Shown here: positions 1-9,662 of the stretch, in pieces
Numbering within the stretch: position 1 is the first letter of the stretch
Layout of the letters: every line of letters starts with the position of its first letter
Program-made: the position numbers and the translations under genes
Assembly: GCA_002376885.1 (NCBI GenBank)
Contig: DFOW01000001.1
Coordinates: forward strand, 79,381-143,380
DNA: 64,000 bases
DNA from: Patescibacteria group bacterium UBA3531
GTDB lineage: Bacteria; Patescibacteriota; Minisyncoccia; Phycocordibacterales; UBA3531
Reading direction: 5' to 3'
Notes under the pieces: generated by a model
Database searches by the model: none
Seen by the model: only the letters and a program-made list of their open reading frames with translations
Told to the model about the DNA's origin: nothing

Positions 1-3000
1 TCAATTAAAGACTTGTTTTATGGTTGCCCGCGTCTGTGGCCCCGCATACCCATAGAAGGCATCTGTTGGGATAGCTAAGTTGTGTCTCTCTTGGAACTTC
101 CCGACGGCTTTTCTTGTTAAAGAGCCATAGTAGCCAGTCGTGAGTCCTTCAGGGTAGATAGTCGTGTCTTGAGCAAGGATTTGCTGGAGAAGTCTTGTTT
201 GACTGCTTGTCGTATTGAACCTAAACGGTCCGGTAAGGTTTGTGGTACTGACCGTAAAGGTTTGATCGCCTGTTGGTGAGGTGTTTCCTTGGAGAATGTT
301 ACGTACCGTGTCTAAGGTTGCTTGATCGACATTGAATGAGGTGAGGAGTGTGATGATGGAGGTGACTTGAGCGCTTGTGAGACCTGAACCTGTACTTGGT
401 TGTGATGGTTGGGTTGGGGTGGTTGGGGCGCCTAACCCTCCTCCGAAGCTTGGAGGGAGTGCTGCTACTGATCCCGAGCTTGCACTCGTGTTTGTGGTGC
501 CTCCGGTATTGGTGATCGTGGCGGTGTCACTCGTTACGTCAGTTGATTCTTTGGTATCAGTAAAGGTAGCCGTCAAAATGGTTGATCCGCTGGGCACATT
601 GAGGGCTCCATCACTTCCTGATACAGAACCAGTATTAATACTTGGTGATCCGGTGAAGATACCCGTAGCACTTCCTGTTTCAGTAAGGGTAACCGTTTCC
701 GTATCACCATTTGAAAGTGTTGTAGTGATCGTGAAGGAGTCAGTGCTTGTGGCGCTGGTATTGGCATCACCATCTAAGACGGTGATGGTAGGACTATCAC
801 TGGTGGTGTAGCCCTCTTGATTGAGACTCGTCGTCGACGACGCACTAATGTATCCCGTTGACTCGTTTAAGTAACCTCCTAGGTTGGTGAAGGAGTTAAG
901 GACCGTCGTAACGGCACTGGTAAGGAAGCTTGCTCCTCCATCTAAAGCTAAGTTGTAGTACTGAAGGACGGGGATGGTGGTTTGGGTACTCGTTGCCTTG
1001 TAGGTCACGGTACCGGTACCCGGCGTAAAGGTTCCATTGACGGTGAGTGGTGTTGCGCTTGCGGTGGCATCGGTTAAGTAGAGATTGTTTGATCCGAGTG
1101 AGAAGGTCTCTCCACTTGCAATGGTAAGGCCAGAGCTTGTTGCGTTTGAGGCAAGTGTTAGGGATGCTACTGCTGTACTTGATGAGACGGTCAGGTCTCC
1201 CAGGTCAAAGGCGCCAGAGTTATCGGTATAGGTTGTGGTGCCGTCGATGGTGAAGGCTTCTCCGTTTCGGGTGTAAGAGCCTCCGCTTCCAATGGTAATG
1301 TCTTCTCCTACGGTGAGTGTCACATTGTTCGTGTCTATGTCTAAGTCACCGTCGGTGATGGTGAGATTGTTATCGACGTCAACGTTATTGACGAAGATGA
1401 CGTCGTTGCTTCCTGAAGCGCCGGTATTGTTGATAGTGAGGTTGTAGAAGGAGTCATTGATTTCAATGGTTTGATCGGTACTGGTGGCGGCAAAGATGAT
1501 GGTTGAGGTTCCGACAATGAGTGTCCCTGCCGTATCGAGTGTTAAGTCATCAGTGAAGGTGAGCGTGTTTCCGTTAGTGGTGGTGATAGCCCCTGCGGGG
1601 CTCCCGTTAGATTCACTAAGAGCACCAAAAGTTACAGAACTATCCCCCGAGATAGTGATTTGAGCGTTAACAACACCTGCCAAACCAATAGTTGTTTGTC
1701 CTAATACCGTTAAATCATGTCCAGCAGTGTTGAGCGTTTTAGTTCCAGAAAGAGGGTTTAACGGAAGATTCCCCAGAACGGTAGTACTTCCAGTAAGAGA
1801 GTATGACCCACCAGCAGTAAGAGCTGACAAATCTAAGGTCTTCATAACACCAGCTACAATATTTTCTTGGGTCGTAGTGTCATACTCAAAAGATATTCCA
1901 GAAAAATCACTAGTACCACTATCAACGACCGGTGTTGCAATAGCCGCCCGAAGAATAAAAGTTCCATTTCCTCCACTTGTGCCATCAGTAATAGTTCCTC
2001 CACCAAATGTCAGCACCCTATCAACAGTCACACTCGTAGACAAAGTGGTTGTTTGTCCAGAAGATCCTATGTTTAAATTATAAAAGACGGGAGAAAGAGT
2101 AGTTATTGTTCCTGTTCCATCAAGGATCACTGTGCTTGTTTCATCAGTAAATTTGTTTCCTGAATCCGTCCAATCACCACTTACCGTAATAGTTCCTGAC
2201 CCTCCCAACAAAGATCCTAAACTTGAATCAATAAGAAGGTCTCCATACACCGTCATGTTCTGATTGTTTGCATCAAGAGTGCCAACAACTTTTAAGTCCG
2301 AAGATGTATCACTGTCTCCAACGGTTATACTTGCATCTTGTGTAAGGGTATATCCATCAGGAATATACAATTCATAGTCAGAATCTGTACCAACTGTTAT
2401 TGCACCCCCTGATATAGATAGAAGATCGTCTGAATCAGACGTGTCTGAAGAAGAAACAATGGTGTTTGTTGTCGTTCCTGTATTATCGTTTTTAATGAGA
2501 ATATGATTCTGATACAGATCTAAATTAGCAAGACCCCCAGGACCAACGATAGAAAATGCCGATGCTTTTTCTGTCTCTCCATCTAAATAGATTGCAATAG
2601 CCGCACCTTCAGTAATCCCCGTTGTCGTTGTTGAGAATGAAAAGGTTCCATCAGACGCTGTTGTGGTAGTAAAAAAGTCTGTATTAAGCGTTGAGCCGCC
2701 GCTTACCGAAAGCGCTACTGTTTTACCCGATCCAAGCGCTGTGGAACCCTCATCACTATACGCTGTTCCTTGCATAAACTTTGACTCATACCATGCAATT
2801 TCGGAAGAACCCAAAGCACTAACCACAAAATCAATATCCCCGTCGTCATCAAAATCAGTTGGTACAACGTTCTCTGGGTTGTCCATATAAGTAGTGCCAT
2901 CCTCAACCATTCTTGAGGTAAAGCTAGTATCGCTTCCATCATTTTCAAACCATAACAGTTCATCATCTAACGAACCCGCCACAAAATCAAAATCCCCATC

Positions 3001-3939
3001 GTTATCAAAATCAACAGGACGACCACCACGTGGAGTCCCTACCGATAGAGACCCTATAGCGCGTCGCGTAAAACTTGTATCTGTGCCGTCGTTCTCATAC
3101 CAAGCAAAAGGACTTGACGAATTTTTTGCAACCGTTACTACATCCAAGTCGCCATCCTTATCAAAATCAAGTGGTCGTGCCCTCCATGCAGACGAAGCAT
3201 TGGAACTTGTATCGATTGATCTTCGCGTAAATGATAAGTCTGTGCCATCGTTTTGGTACCACATAAATTCTTGACCTTCATCAGCGGCAGCAACCACATC
3301 TATGTCTCCATCTTCATCGAAATCAATCGCTTCAATATAGGCAGCACCCGTTGCTGCCGCTGTTGCATCAATACTCCGTTTTGTAAAACTCGTATCGCTC
3401 CCGTCGTTTTGATACCATGCAAATTCTCCATCATTTTGTGCAGCCCCCAAAACATCAAGATCACCGTCTTCGTCAAAATCAATTACATAAATGTTACTCG
3501 GCTCACCAAGGTTGGAATCTATCTCGTGGAAGGTAAACGATGTATCTGTGCCGTCGTTCTCATACCAAGAATAAACACCAAGAGTAATACCAAGTCCATG
3601 CGCAGCCATAACCACATCTATATCTCCGTCTTCATCGAAGTCGATGGGCTGCACATCAAACATACTCGTTGTGCTTGCGGCAGTACTATCTATGAGGTGT
3701 CTGGTAAAAGATAGATTGGTTCCATTGTTTTCGTACCAGGCAAAGTTCGTTGATGCACCACTGATTACGTCCATATCTCCGTCTTCGTCGAAGTCAAAAA
3801 CTTCCACGTTTCTTGCGGCTACTGCAGCGATCTGATGACGCACATAAGGTCCAGATGCATCCACGTAGGAAACCAAGGAAAGCGATGCGAGTGCACCTAA
3901 AATACCAATTGTTAATATAGAAAGATTTTTTTTATACAT
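1..3939 (-). CDS. Giant secreted surface protein. N-terminal signal peptide, about nine FG-GAP/VCBS-like repeats, then a Thr-rich beta-helix-like region and a C-terminal putative peptidoglycan-binding domain.
   Basis: 1312-aa ORF with stop TGA at 1..3. Repeated DFDxDGDxDV and AWYENDGT motifs typical of FG-GAP/VCBS. C-terminus TSAQVTSIITLLTSFNVD...YPEGLTTGYYG...FYGYAGP resembles a PG_binding_1 fold. Signal peptide MYKKNLSILTIGILGALASLSLVSYVDA. Confidence 0.8.
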   Translation of the reverse strand: MYKKNLSILTIGILGALASLSLVSYVDASGPYVRHQIAAVAARNVEVFDFDEDGDMDVISGASTNFAWYENNGTNLSFTRHLIDSTAASTTSMFDVQPIDFDEDGDIDVVMAAHGLGITLGVYSWYENDGTDTSFTFHEIDSNLGEPSNIYVIDFDEDGDLDVLGAAQNDGEFAWYQNDGSDTSFTKRSIDATAAATGAAYIEAIDFDEDGDIDVVAAADEGQEFMWYQNDGTDLSFTRRSIDTSSNASSAWRARPLDFDKDGDLDVVTVAKNSSSPFAWYENDGTDTSFTRRAIGSLSVGTPRGGRPVDFDNDGDFDFVAGSLDDELLWFENDGSDTSFTSRMVEDGTTYMDNPENVVPTDFDDDGDIDFVVSALGSSEIAWYESKFMQGTAYSDEGSTALGSGKTVALSVSGGSTLNTDFFTTTTASDGTFSFSTTTTGITEGAAIAIYLDGETEKASAFSIVGPGGLANLDLYQNHILIKNDNTGTTTNTIVSSSDTSDSDDLLSISGGAITVGTDSDYELYIPDGYTLTQDASITVGDSDTSSDLKVVGTLDANNQNMTVYGDLLIDSSLGSLLGGSGTITVSGDWTDSGNKFTDETSTVILDGTGTITTLSPVFYNLNIGSSGQTTTLSTSVTVDRVLTFGGGTITDGTSGGNGTFILRAAIATPVVDSGTSDFSGISFEYDTTTQENIVAGVMKTLDLSALTAGGSYSLTGSTTVLGNLPLNPLSGTKTLNTAGHDLTVLGQTTIGLAGVVNAQITISGDSSVTFGALSESNGSPAGAITTTNGNTLTFTDDLTLDTAGTLIVGTSTIIFAATSTDQTIEINDSFYNLTINNTGASGSNDVIFVNNVDVDNNLTITDGDLDIDTNNVTLTVGEDITIGSGGSYTRNGEAFTIDGTTTYTDNSGAFDLGDLTVSSSTAVASLTLASNATSSGLTIASGETFSLGSNNLYLTDATASATPLTVNGTFTPGTGTVTYKATSTQTTIPVLQYYNLALDGGASFLTSAVTTVLNSFTNLGGYLNESTGYISASSTTSLNQEGYTTSDSPTITVLDGDANTSATSTDSFTITTTLSNGDTETVTLTETGSATGIFTGSPSINTGSVSGSDGALNVPSGSTILTATFTDTKESTDVTSDTATITNTGGTTNTSASSGSVAALPPSFGGGLGAPTTPTQPSQPSTGSGLTSAQVTSIITLLTSFNVDQATLDTVRNILQGNTSPTGDQTFTVSTTNLTGPFRFNTTSSQTRLLQQILAQDTTIYPEGLTTGYYGSLTRKAVGKFQERHNLAIPTDAFYGYAGPQTRATIKQVFN

Positions 3940-4047
3940 TTATTATGACCTTACCAATCAGCCCCGTATATATACCTGTCTTCTTCCAGGTCCATATTAG
4001 TATAGCAATCCTAAAAAATAAGGAAACAAAGCTATTAACAGGTGTTT

Positions 4048-5145
4048 TTAGATCTTAAATTCGACCACATCACCATCTTTGACGACATACTCTTTCCCTT
4101 CTGTCCGTACCAAACCCTTTTCACGAGCGGTCGCATATGAACCCGCACTAACAAGGTCGTCGTAGGCTACAATTTCTGCACGAATAAATTTATCTCTAAA
4201 GTCAGTGTGGATCGCTATGCCCGCAACCGGTGCTACAGACCCTCTTTTTGTGGTCCAGCCTCTGGTTTCTTTCTCTCCTGTTGTAAGAAAGGTTATCAGA
4301 TCTAAGAGTTCATAGCTTTTTTTGATAAGAAGATTGATACCATCATCTTGTGCACCAAGCTCATTTCTATATTCTTCTTTTTCCCCTGATTCAAAGTCTT
4401 TTAATTCATGCTCTATCCCCGCATCGATGACAAGATACTTTGAATCTCTCTCTTTTAAAAAACTAAGGAGATTTTTAAACCGGTCATCTTCTGTTTCATC
4501 TAAGTTGGTTCCTCCTGCTTTTTTATTAAGTCCATACATCATCGGTTTAAGTGTTAAAAGGTTACGTTCTTTTACAAGTTCTTTTTCTTCATCCTCTAAA
4601 TCAAGTTCTTCAGCTCGTTTTTCTTCTTCAAGTCCTTTTTTTAGTTTTTCTAAAACTTCTTTTTCTTTAAGAACTTTTTTATCTCCTTTTTTGATTTCTC
4701 GGTCAAGCGCCCCTAGTCGTTTTGCAACATTCTCCAAATCTTTCAGGGTAAGTTCTAAGTTGATTGTTTTTATATCATCAAGAGGATCGATTTTATCACT
4801 CACATGAGTAATGTCTTTGTCTTCAAAAATACGAACCATATGCAAAATAGCGTCCACCTCTTGAATATGGGAAAGAAATTGATTACCAAGCCCTTCCCCT
4901 TCGGAAGCTCCACGAACTAAGCCTGCGATATCAACAAATTCAGTTACTGCAGGGATTGTTTTTTCTGATTGAGATAGCTCAGTTAGTGTTTGTAATCGGG
5001 CATCGGGGACTGGGACAATACCCACCGATGGATCGATAGTACAAAAGGGGTAGTTTTCTGCCGGGACACTCTTTTTTGTAAGTGCGTTAAAGAGCGTGGA
5101 CTTCCCTACGTTTGGGAGTCCTACAATACCAATCGAGAGAGCCAT
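4048..5145 (-). CDS. ychF: Ribosome-binding ATPase YchF (Obg-family GTPase with C-terminal TGS domain)
   Basis: N-terminal G1 motif GIVGLPNVGKSTLFNALT, long coiled insertion, C-terminal TGS-like KDGDVVEFKI. Confidence 0.9.
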   Translation of the reverse strand: MALSIGIVGLPNVGKSTLFNALTKKSVPAENYPFCTIDPSVGIVPVPDARLQTLTELSQSEKTIPAVTEFVDIAGLVRGASEGEGLGNQFLSHIQEVDAILHMVRIFEDKDITHVSDKIDPLDDIKTINLELTLKDLENVAKRLGALDREIKKGDKKVLKEKEVLEKLKKGLEEEKRAEELDLEDEEKELVKERNLLTLKPMMYGLNKKAGGTNLDETEDDRFKNLLSFLKERDSKYLVIDAGIEHELKDFESGEKEEYRNELGAQDDGINLLIKKSYELLDLITFLTTGEKETRGWTTKRGSVAPVAGIAIHTDFRDKFIRAEIVAYDDLVSAGSYATAREKGLVRTEGKEYVVKDGDVVEFKI

Positions 5146-5146
5146 A

Positions 5147-5368
5147 TTACATTAACTTTTTAAGCTCGTCTTGGTACTTTTTACCTACTTCCATAACGGC
5201 AGCCATTTGATCCTTCCCTTTATCCATTTCAGCTTTTACCTCGACTGCCATTTTTTGGAAAAGCTCTGGATTTTTAGTTACAAGCTCCATCATCTTCTCT
5301 TGCTGATCTTTTGGAACTCCAGCCATTTGCTTCTCCACGGCCTTTTTCATAAAAAATTCTTTAAACAT
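5147..5368 (-). CDS. Small hypothetical protein (73 aa, charged, helical)
   Basis: ORF packed between ychF and the ROK kinase on the same strand. No recognisable motif. Confidence 0.4.
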   Translation of the reverse strand: MFKEFFMKKAVEKQMAGVPKDQQEKMMELVTKNPELFQKMAVEVKAEMDKGKDQMAAVMEVGKKYQDELKKLM

Positions 5369-5379
5369 AGAGCTCTATA

Positions 5380-6216
5380 TTAAAGATTATTGTTTGCGTA
5401 TGCAAGCGCACCATACAGCCCCCCAATATCATTTAATTTTGCTTTTTTGAGGACAGGAGTATTTGGGAAAATTTTCATAATCTTTTTTAGATGCTTTTCA
5501 ACATGGGGCACAGCAATACCCACCTCTTTCATCATTGATCCTCCAAGAACAATTACATCCGGAGACCACAGCACCGTTATATTATTTAAACCAATTGCTA
5601 AAAGCTCTGCTTCTTTCTCCCATACTTCGTCGTCGTGAATATCGTATGGTTTTTTTCCATATCGCTCTTCGACAGCACTTCCACTAATGTAGCCCTCTAA
5701 ATGACCCTTATCTTTGCAATGAGAACACTCCACTCCTTGAAAATCAATAATCTGGTGCCCTGGCTCAAAGCCATGGGCGCTTGCATCAATACGTTGGTTT
5801 ACGATACGCGCGCCACCCACCCCCGTACTAATAGTTAAGTAAGCAACAATATCGTACCCCTTACCTGCGCCACTCACTGCCTCTCCAAGTCCAACAAGTG
5901 CCGAATCATTTTCTAAAAAAACAGGGCAATCAAATAGGTGTTCAAGCTCTTCTTTTATGGGAAGCCCTATCCAGGAATGCAAGTTGGGCGAATTAACAAG
6001 ACAAGATTTTTCTTTATTTAAAGGGCCAGCAATACCACCAACAACTGCTTCTAATTTTTTATCGCCACACAATTCATCAGCAACTTTTTTGATAGTTTTT
6101 AATTGTGTATCAAAATTTTTTTCAGTAGGGAAAATAACAGGATCAATAAAACTTTCTCCATTTTTTGAATACGTTACGCGAGTTTTTGTTCCCCCATTAT
6201 CAAATAAAAGATACAT
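5380..6216 (-). CDS. ROK-family sugar kinase (glucokinase-like)
   Basis: N-terminal LFDNGGTKTR ATPase motif. Cys/His-rich CSHCKDKGHLE zinc motif typical of ROK kinases. Confidence 0.8.
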   Translation of the reverse strand: MYLLFDNGGTKTRVTYSKNGESFIDPVIFPTEKNFDTQLKTIKKVADELCGDKKLEAVVGGIAGPLNKEKSCLVNSPNLHSWIGLPIKEELEHLFDCPVFLENDSALVGLGEAVSGAGKGYDIVAYLTISTGVGGARIVNQRIDASAHGFEPGHQIIDFQGVECSHCKDKGHLEGYISGSAVEERYGKKPYDIHDDEVWEKEAELLAIGLNNITVLWSPDVIVLGGSMMKEVGIAVPHVEKHLKKIMKIFPNTPVLKKAKLNDIGGLYGALAYANNNL

Positions 6217-6223
6217 GCCGTAA

Positions 6224-7195
6224 TTATACGGTATTCTTTACATGCGGTTTTGTATGCTTTTCACACGTGCCACCATATTTCCTTTCAAACTCATAGGCAC
6301 TTGTTGCAGCAACAGAACCTGTGCATGCTGCCGTAATATCTTGCTTAAAGCTTCCGAATATATTTACTGCGTCTCCTGCTGCACAGATTCCAGGGATATT
6401 GGTTTGCATCATATTGTTTACTTTTATGTATCCTTCTTCATCGAGAGCCACTCCCAGTGATTTTGGTAATTCAACATCAGGAACAGCACCAATCTCTATA
6501 AACAAACCATCTGCGACAAGTTCATTGTTTCCGTTAAATTCCTTTGAAAGTTTAACTTTTTCGAATTTTTCTGTTCCAATAATCTCTTCAATGGTTGTCT
6601 CATACAAAACCTCCACCTTGTCACCCAATTTTTCCATTTGTTCCAAGTTAATAGGCTCTCCATGAAGCTCTTTCTCCATTGTTATAAGATAAATCTTATC
6701 GGCATACTCACCTGCTAAATTTATTCCTTTAACGGATGCATCCCCTCCGCCAACTACAATTATTGTTTTACCGATATACAGCGGTGCATCGCAGGTTGCG
6801 CAGTAATGAATCCCTTTTCCGGTTAATTCTTTTTCATTGGGGAGGCCTAGGTGTCTGCGCTCTGTCCCGATAGCAAAAATTACCGTGCTTGTTTCGTATT
6901 TTTTATCTCGGGTGGAGACCACAAAGCAATCTCCTTCCTTTTCTACTTTTGTTACTTTGCCATCAATAATTTTTGCACCAACATTCTCTGCCTGCTCTTT
7001 CATAATCTTCATAAGATCGTACCCATCAATTGCCTTTGCACCAGGATAATTCCAAATAGTCCATGCAGTCGCAGTAGCGCCACCAAAGTCCTCGCCAATG
7101 GTGAGAACCTTCATTTTGTAGCGACCAGCATAAAGTGACGCAGCAAGCCCTGCAGCACCCGTACCAATTATGACAACATCGTAATGCTCCTCCAT
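6224..7195 (-). CDS. trxB: Thioredoxin-disulfide reductase
   Basis: FAD motif VVIIGTGAAGLAAS, redox-active CATCDAPL, NADPH motif VVGGGDASV. Confidence 0.9.
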   Translation of the reverse strand: MEEHYDVVIIGTGAAGLAASLYAGRYKMKVLTIGEDFGGATATAWTIWNYPGAKAIDGYDLMKIMKEQAENVGAKIIDGKVTKVEKEGDCFVVSTRDKKYETSTVIFAIGTERRHLGLPNEKELTGKGIHYCATCDAPLYIGKTIIVVGGGDASVKGINLAGEYADKIYLITMEKELHGEPINLEQMEKLGDKVEVLYETTIEEIIGTEKFEKVKLSKEFNGNNELVADGLFIEIGAVPDVELPKSLGVALDEEGYIKVNNMMQTNIPGICAAGDAVNIFGSFKQDITAACTGSVAATSAYEFERKYGGTCEKHTKPHVKNTV

Positions 7196-7201
7196 GTACC
7201 C

Positions 7202-7444
7202 TTACGCGCTAATGCCAGCAAGTTCTGCAAGCTTCTCTTTATTGAAGCCAACTAAAACTTGGCCATCAATATCAATAACCGGAACCCCCATTTGCCCCGA
7301 TTTTTCAATCATTTCGTTTCGAGCAGTTTCATCTTGTGTTACATCAACTGCTTCGTACTTTACATTATTTTCATCCAAAAACTCTTTTGTCATTTTACAG
7401 TAATGACAGGTTGGAGTTGTGTAAATCTTTATATTGTGCTCCAT
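7202..7444 (-). CDS. Glutaredoxin-like protein (NrdH/Grx family)
   Basis: 80 aa, CHYC active site at the N-terminus (KIYTTPTCHYCKMTKEFL), thioredoxin-fold pattern. Confidence 0.8.
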   Translation of the reverse strand: MEHNIKIYTTPTCHYCKMTKEFLDENNVKYEAVDVTQDETARNEMIEKSGQMGVPVIDIDGQVLVGFNKEKLAELAGISA

Positions 7445-7581
7445 GGTATTTTATTTATCTAATAAGTGATTCTTATTATATCGCTGAAATGTTATCTCGC
7501 AAAACAAGAAAAGACTCAATCCCCAGGTTTACTAATTTAATCCTTGCCTCGTGCCATACTTTAAACAGAGAGGGGGAGGTC

Positions 7582-7842
7582 ATGTTTGAACTTGTCCTCA
7601 TCTTCATTTCCACGTTCGATGGGAAAATGGCGGGAAGTACCGTCATCAATCATGAGGTCGTTGGTTTGTTCGACACCAAGACTCAATGTGAGCGACACGC
7701 CGACGCCTATGAAGGGGGTACGTGGCGCAAGTTCACGCTCATGGGCTCGAACAAGGACAACGAGAGGGTCCAGGTACAACTCATGATGAAGTGCATGCCA
7801 GCTGGCCAGGGACCGGCAGTTGCGAAGAGGCCGTCCAAATAA
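7582..7842 (+). CDS. Small hypothetical protein encoded in a high-GC patch
   Basis: GGAGG RBS directly upstream of the ATG, G/C-enriched third codon positions. Followed by a GC-rich hairpin (ggccg...cggcc) plus T-run. Confidence 0.4.
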   Translation: MFELVLIFISTFDGKMAGSTVINHEVVGLFDTKTQCERHADAYEGGTWRKFTLMGSNKDNERVQVQLMMKCMPAGQGPAVAKRPSK

Positions 7843-7886
7843 GGCGGCCTTTTCCCTACTCCATAACCCAAAAGTGTTACTCAAAA

Positions 7887-7915
7887 CAAAAGACCCCCCA
7901 ACGGGGCTCTTTTGC
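7887..7915. terminator. Bidirectional intrinsic-terminator-like hairpin (caaaagaCCCC...GGGGctcttttg) between convergent small genes
   Basis: Imperfect GC stem flanked by an A-run upstream and a T-run downstream on the plus strand. Confidence 0.45.
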
Positions 7916-7935
7916 AGCTTCTTTTAATATTAAAA

Positions 7936-8097
7936 TTAGCTCTTTGGGAGTATCTTGTACATCCCGGTACCACAGACGGAACACTTGCCCTTAGCTGCCT
8001 TTCGTCCATTCTTCATGGTAACCTCTTGGACGTCTTGCATCTCTCGGCCCGCTTTGTCCCGACACTTTACGCAGTACCCCATTACTTTGTCTGACAT
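7936..8097 (-). CDS. DUF5679-like small zinc-ribbon protein (53 aa)
   Basis: MSDKVMGYCVKCRDKAGREMQDVQEVTMKNGRKAAKGKCSVCGTGMYKI matches the CxxC-(MKNGR)-CxxCG pattern of the DUF5679 family common in Actinobacteria. Start chosen at the internal Met of the longer 112-aa ORF. Confidence 0.55.
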   Translation of the reverse strand: MSDKVMGYCVKCRDKAGREMQDVQEVTMKNGRKAAKGKCSVCGTGMYKILPKS

Positions 8098-8161
8098 ATA
8101 CAAAAATCCTACCACATAGGCAGGATTTTTGAATAGAGGCCTCCGCTCCTGTGGAAATCGA

Positions 8162-8545
8162 TTATTTGAACCATCCTTTGACTGACCGTGGGATTCCCTG
8201 CACAAAGAAGAGGGCAAGTGGTGCACCAATATTGGCAAATTGTTCAACAAAATCCCAAATCGGTTCTCCTGCAAGTGGGCGAAGCACAGCTGTCCATGTC
8301 CCCCAAAGAGTCATCCATAAGAGAAGAATTGGGATAAGCCGTACCAATACAAGAACCGCAAGGATTATATCCATAATTCCAATAAGTTGGAGCAATTGTG
8401 TGATTTGAGCAGGATCAGTCATTCCTATAACGTTGAAGTATGGGAACCATCCCTCCTTTCCTTGAAGCGCAAATACTCCATGCCCCAAAAATTCTCCCGC
8501 AACAGTAATACGCAAGGTCCATTCAACCTTTTTTTCGTTTGTCAT
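8162..8545 (-). CDS. Hypothetical integral membrane protein (about 4 TM)
   Basis: 127-aa ORF with native low GC and hydrophobic helices. Downstream hairpin aaaaatcctacc...ggcaggattttt (8103..8131). Confidence 0.6.
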   Translation of the reverse strand: MTNEKKVEWTLRITVAGEFLGHGVFALQGKEGWFPYFNVIGMTDPAQITQLLQLIGIMDIILAVLVLVRLIPILLLWMTLWGTWTAVLRPLAGEPIWDFVEQFANIGAPLALFFVQGIPRSVKGWFK

Positions 8546-8950
8546 AGGCTATGTAAAATTATGCTAATAATATTTTATCGACCTCTTTAAAAAAGAGAGG
8601 GAAAATTCACACCTTTATTATATCAAGCGCTCATGATCTAAAAACCAAAAAATCCCCTCTTTATGGGGATTTTTGTCCAGTGTGGTGGACCACACTATCC
8701 CGTCACTCGAACCGCTCCAATTCGCCCTGGTGTCGAACTTCGTCATCCTCTTTGGGACGAGAAGATGCTCGAGATGCAACGCAAATGGATTTGGGAATTG
8801 AATCCGAGATTAGAGAAAGATGAAGTTGAAGCTGCCGTCTATGCGTGGCTTGCGTATGCGGAGTATGTGGTAAGGTTGGTGGAGAGAAAGTGAACCAAAG
8901 AGAAAGGCCCGACCGAGGTCTGACCAATCTCTTGGTTGACCTGTCGGGCC

Positions 8951-9452
8951 CTACTTGTCCAGGTCGACGAACGAGGCGTCGATGAGCGTCAGGTACTCGA
9001 GGTCCGGACTGACGTCGCCGATGACGTTGCCGAGCTCGCCCACATCATCCGGGACGCCGACCACCAGGCACTCGAGGCCCATGTAGGTCACCTTCATGCC
9101 GGACTTGAGAGTCTGGCCCTTGAGCTGCTTGAGCACCTCGCGGGGAATCCCCTCGTCATCACCCCAGGCGAACGCGCGCGGAATCCCGAACCTCTCCAGA
9201 ACGCTGCTCCAGAAGAGCTCCGCGTCCCACTCCTCGTACTCCCCATCGGGATACTCCTCGAGACTTGTGACACGGGCAGCTTCCCGAAGAACGCTCGCCG
9301 GGATGCACGGACGGGTCGTCTCGTCGTCGGTGAAGAGACTCGGGAACCCCTTCTGGAGACCCTCGAGGGGTCGCCTTGTCGTCGGTCAAGCTCACGCAGA
9401 GCCTGAGCCACGGATCGGAGACCTTGCAGATTTCCTGCCAATTCCTGTTCAT
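8951..9452 (-). pseudogene. High-GC gene of unknown function, apparently frameshifted
   Basis: The minus-strand frame reading ...EEYPDGEYEEWDAELFWSSVLERFGIPRAFAWGDDEGIPREVLKQLKGQTLKSGMKVTYMGLECLVVGVPDDVGELGNVIGDVSPDLEYLTLIDASFVDLDK* has almost exclusively G/C at third positions. The only upstream ATG (9452, MNRNWQEICKVSDPWLRL) lies in a different frame. Confidence 0.45.
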
Positions 9453-9588
9453 GGTCCTTCTCTCTCCTTCCTGAATCCGCCAGCCGAAGCTGGTGTGTTC
9501 AGGTAGAGAGAGAAATCACTACCTGGGTGGATAGTGACACAGTATTGTGTATTTGTCTAGACTACGAGATTCACCGTAGTGACGATAG

Positions 9589-9662
9589 TGGACCCGACTG
9601 GATTCGAACCAGCGACCTCCTGAGTGCAAAACAGGTGCTCTAGCCAACTGAGCTACGGGCCC
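9589..9662 (-). tRNA. tRNA-Ala (anticodon UGC)
   Basis: Minus-strand sequence GGGCCCGUAGCUCAGUUGGCUAGAGCACCUGUUUUGCACUCAGGAGGUCGCUGGUUCGAAUCCAGUCGGGUCCA. Acceptor stem carries the G3:U70 wobble that is the Ala identity element, T-loop GGUUCGAAUCC, anticodon loop UUUGCAC. CCA is not encoded. Confidence 0.85.

Noticed and set aside
377-811. Plus-strand ORFs inside the giant surface-protein genes (377..811, 11464..11859, 1727..2083, 2894..3274, 3253..3714, 14146..14457, 16940..17152 and similar)
   Set aside because: They are antisense shadow ORFs created by the Thr/Ser/Gly-rich repetitive coding sequence of the minus-strand genes. They have no independent start context, and the two largest are near-identical only because the underlying genes are duplicated.
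4322-4807. Plus-strand 161-aa ORF inside ychF, and similar internal opposite-strand ORFs in uvrA, uvrB, copA, tgt and GH genes
   Set aside because: Embedded antisense within strongly supported conserved genes; Ser/Phe-rich low-complexity translations.
8936-9506. Plus-strand ORFs 8936..9406 and 9096..9506 and the minus-strand ORFs 9094..9441 and 9159..9452 in the GC-rich island
   Set aside because: In GC-rich DNA all frames stay open. Only the minus-strand frame ending at 8951 shows consistent G/C at third codon positions, so the others are treated as non-coding shadows.
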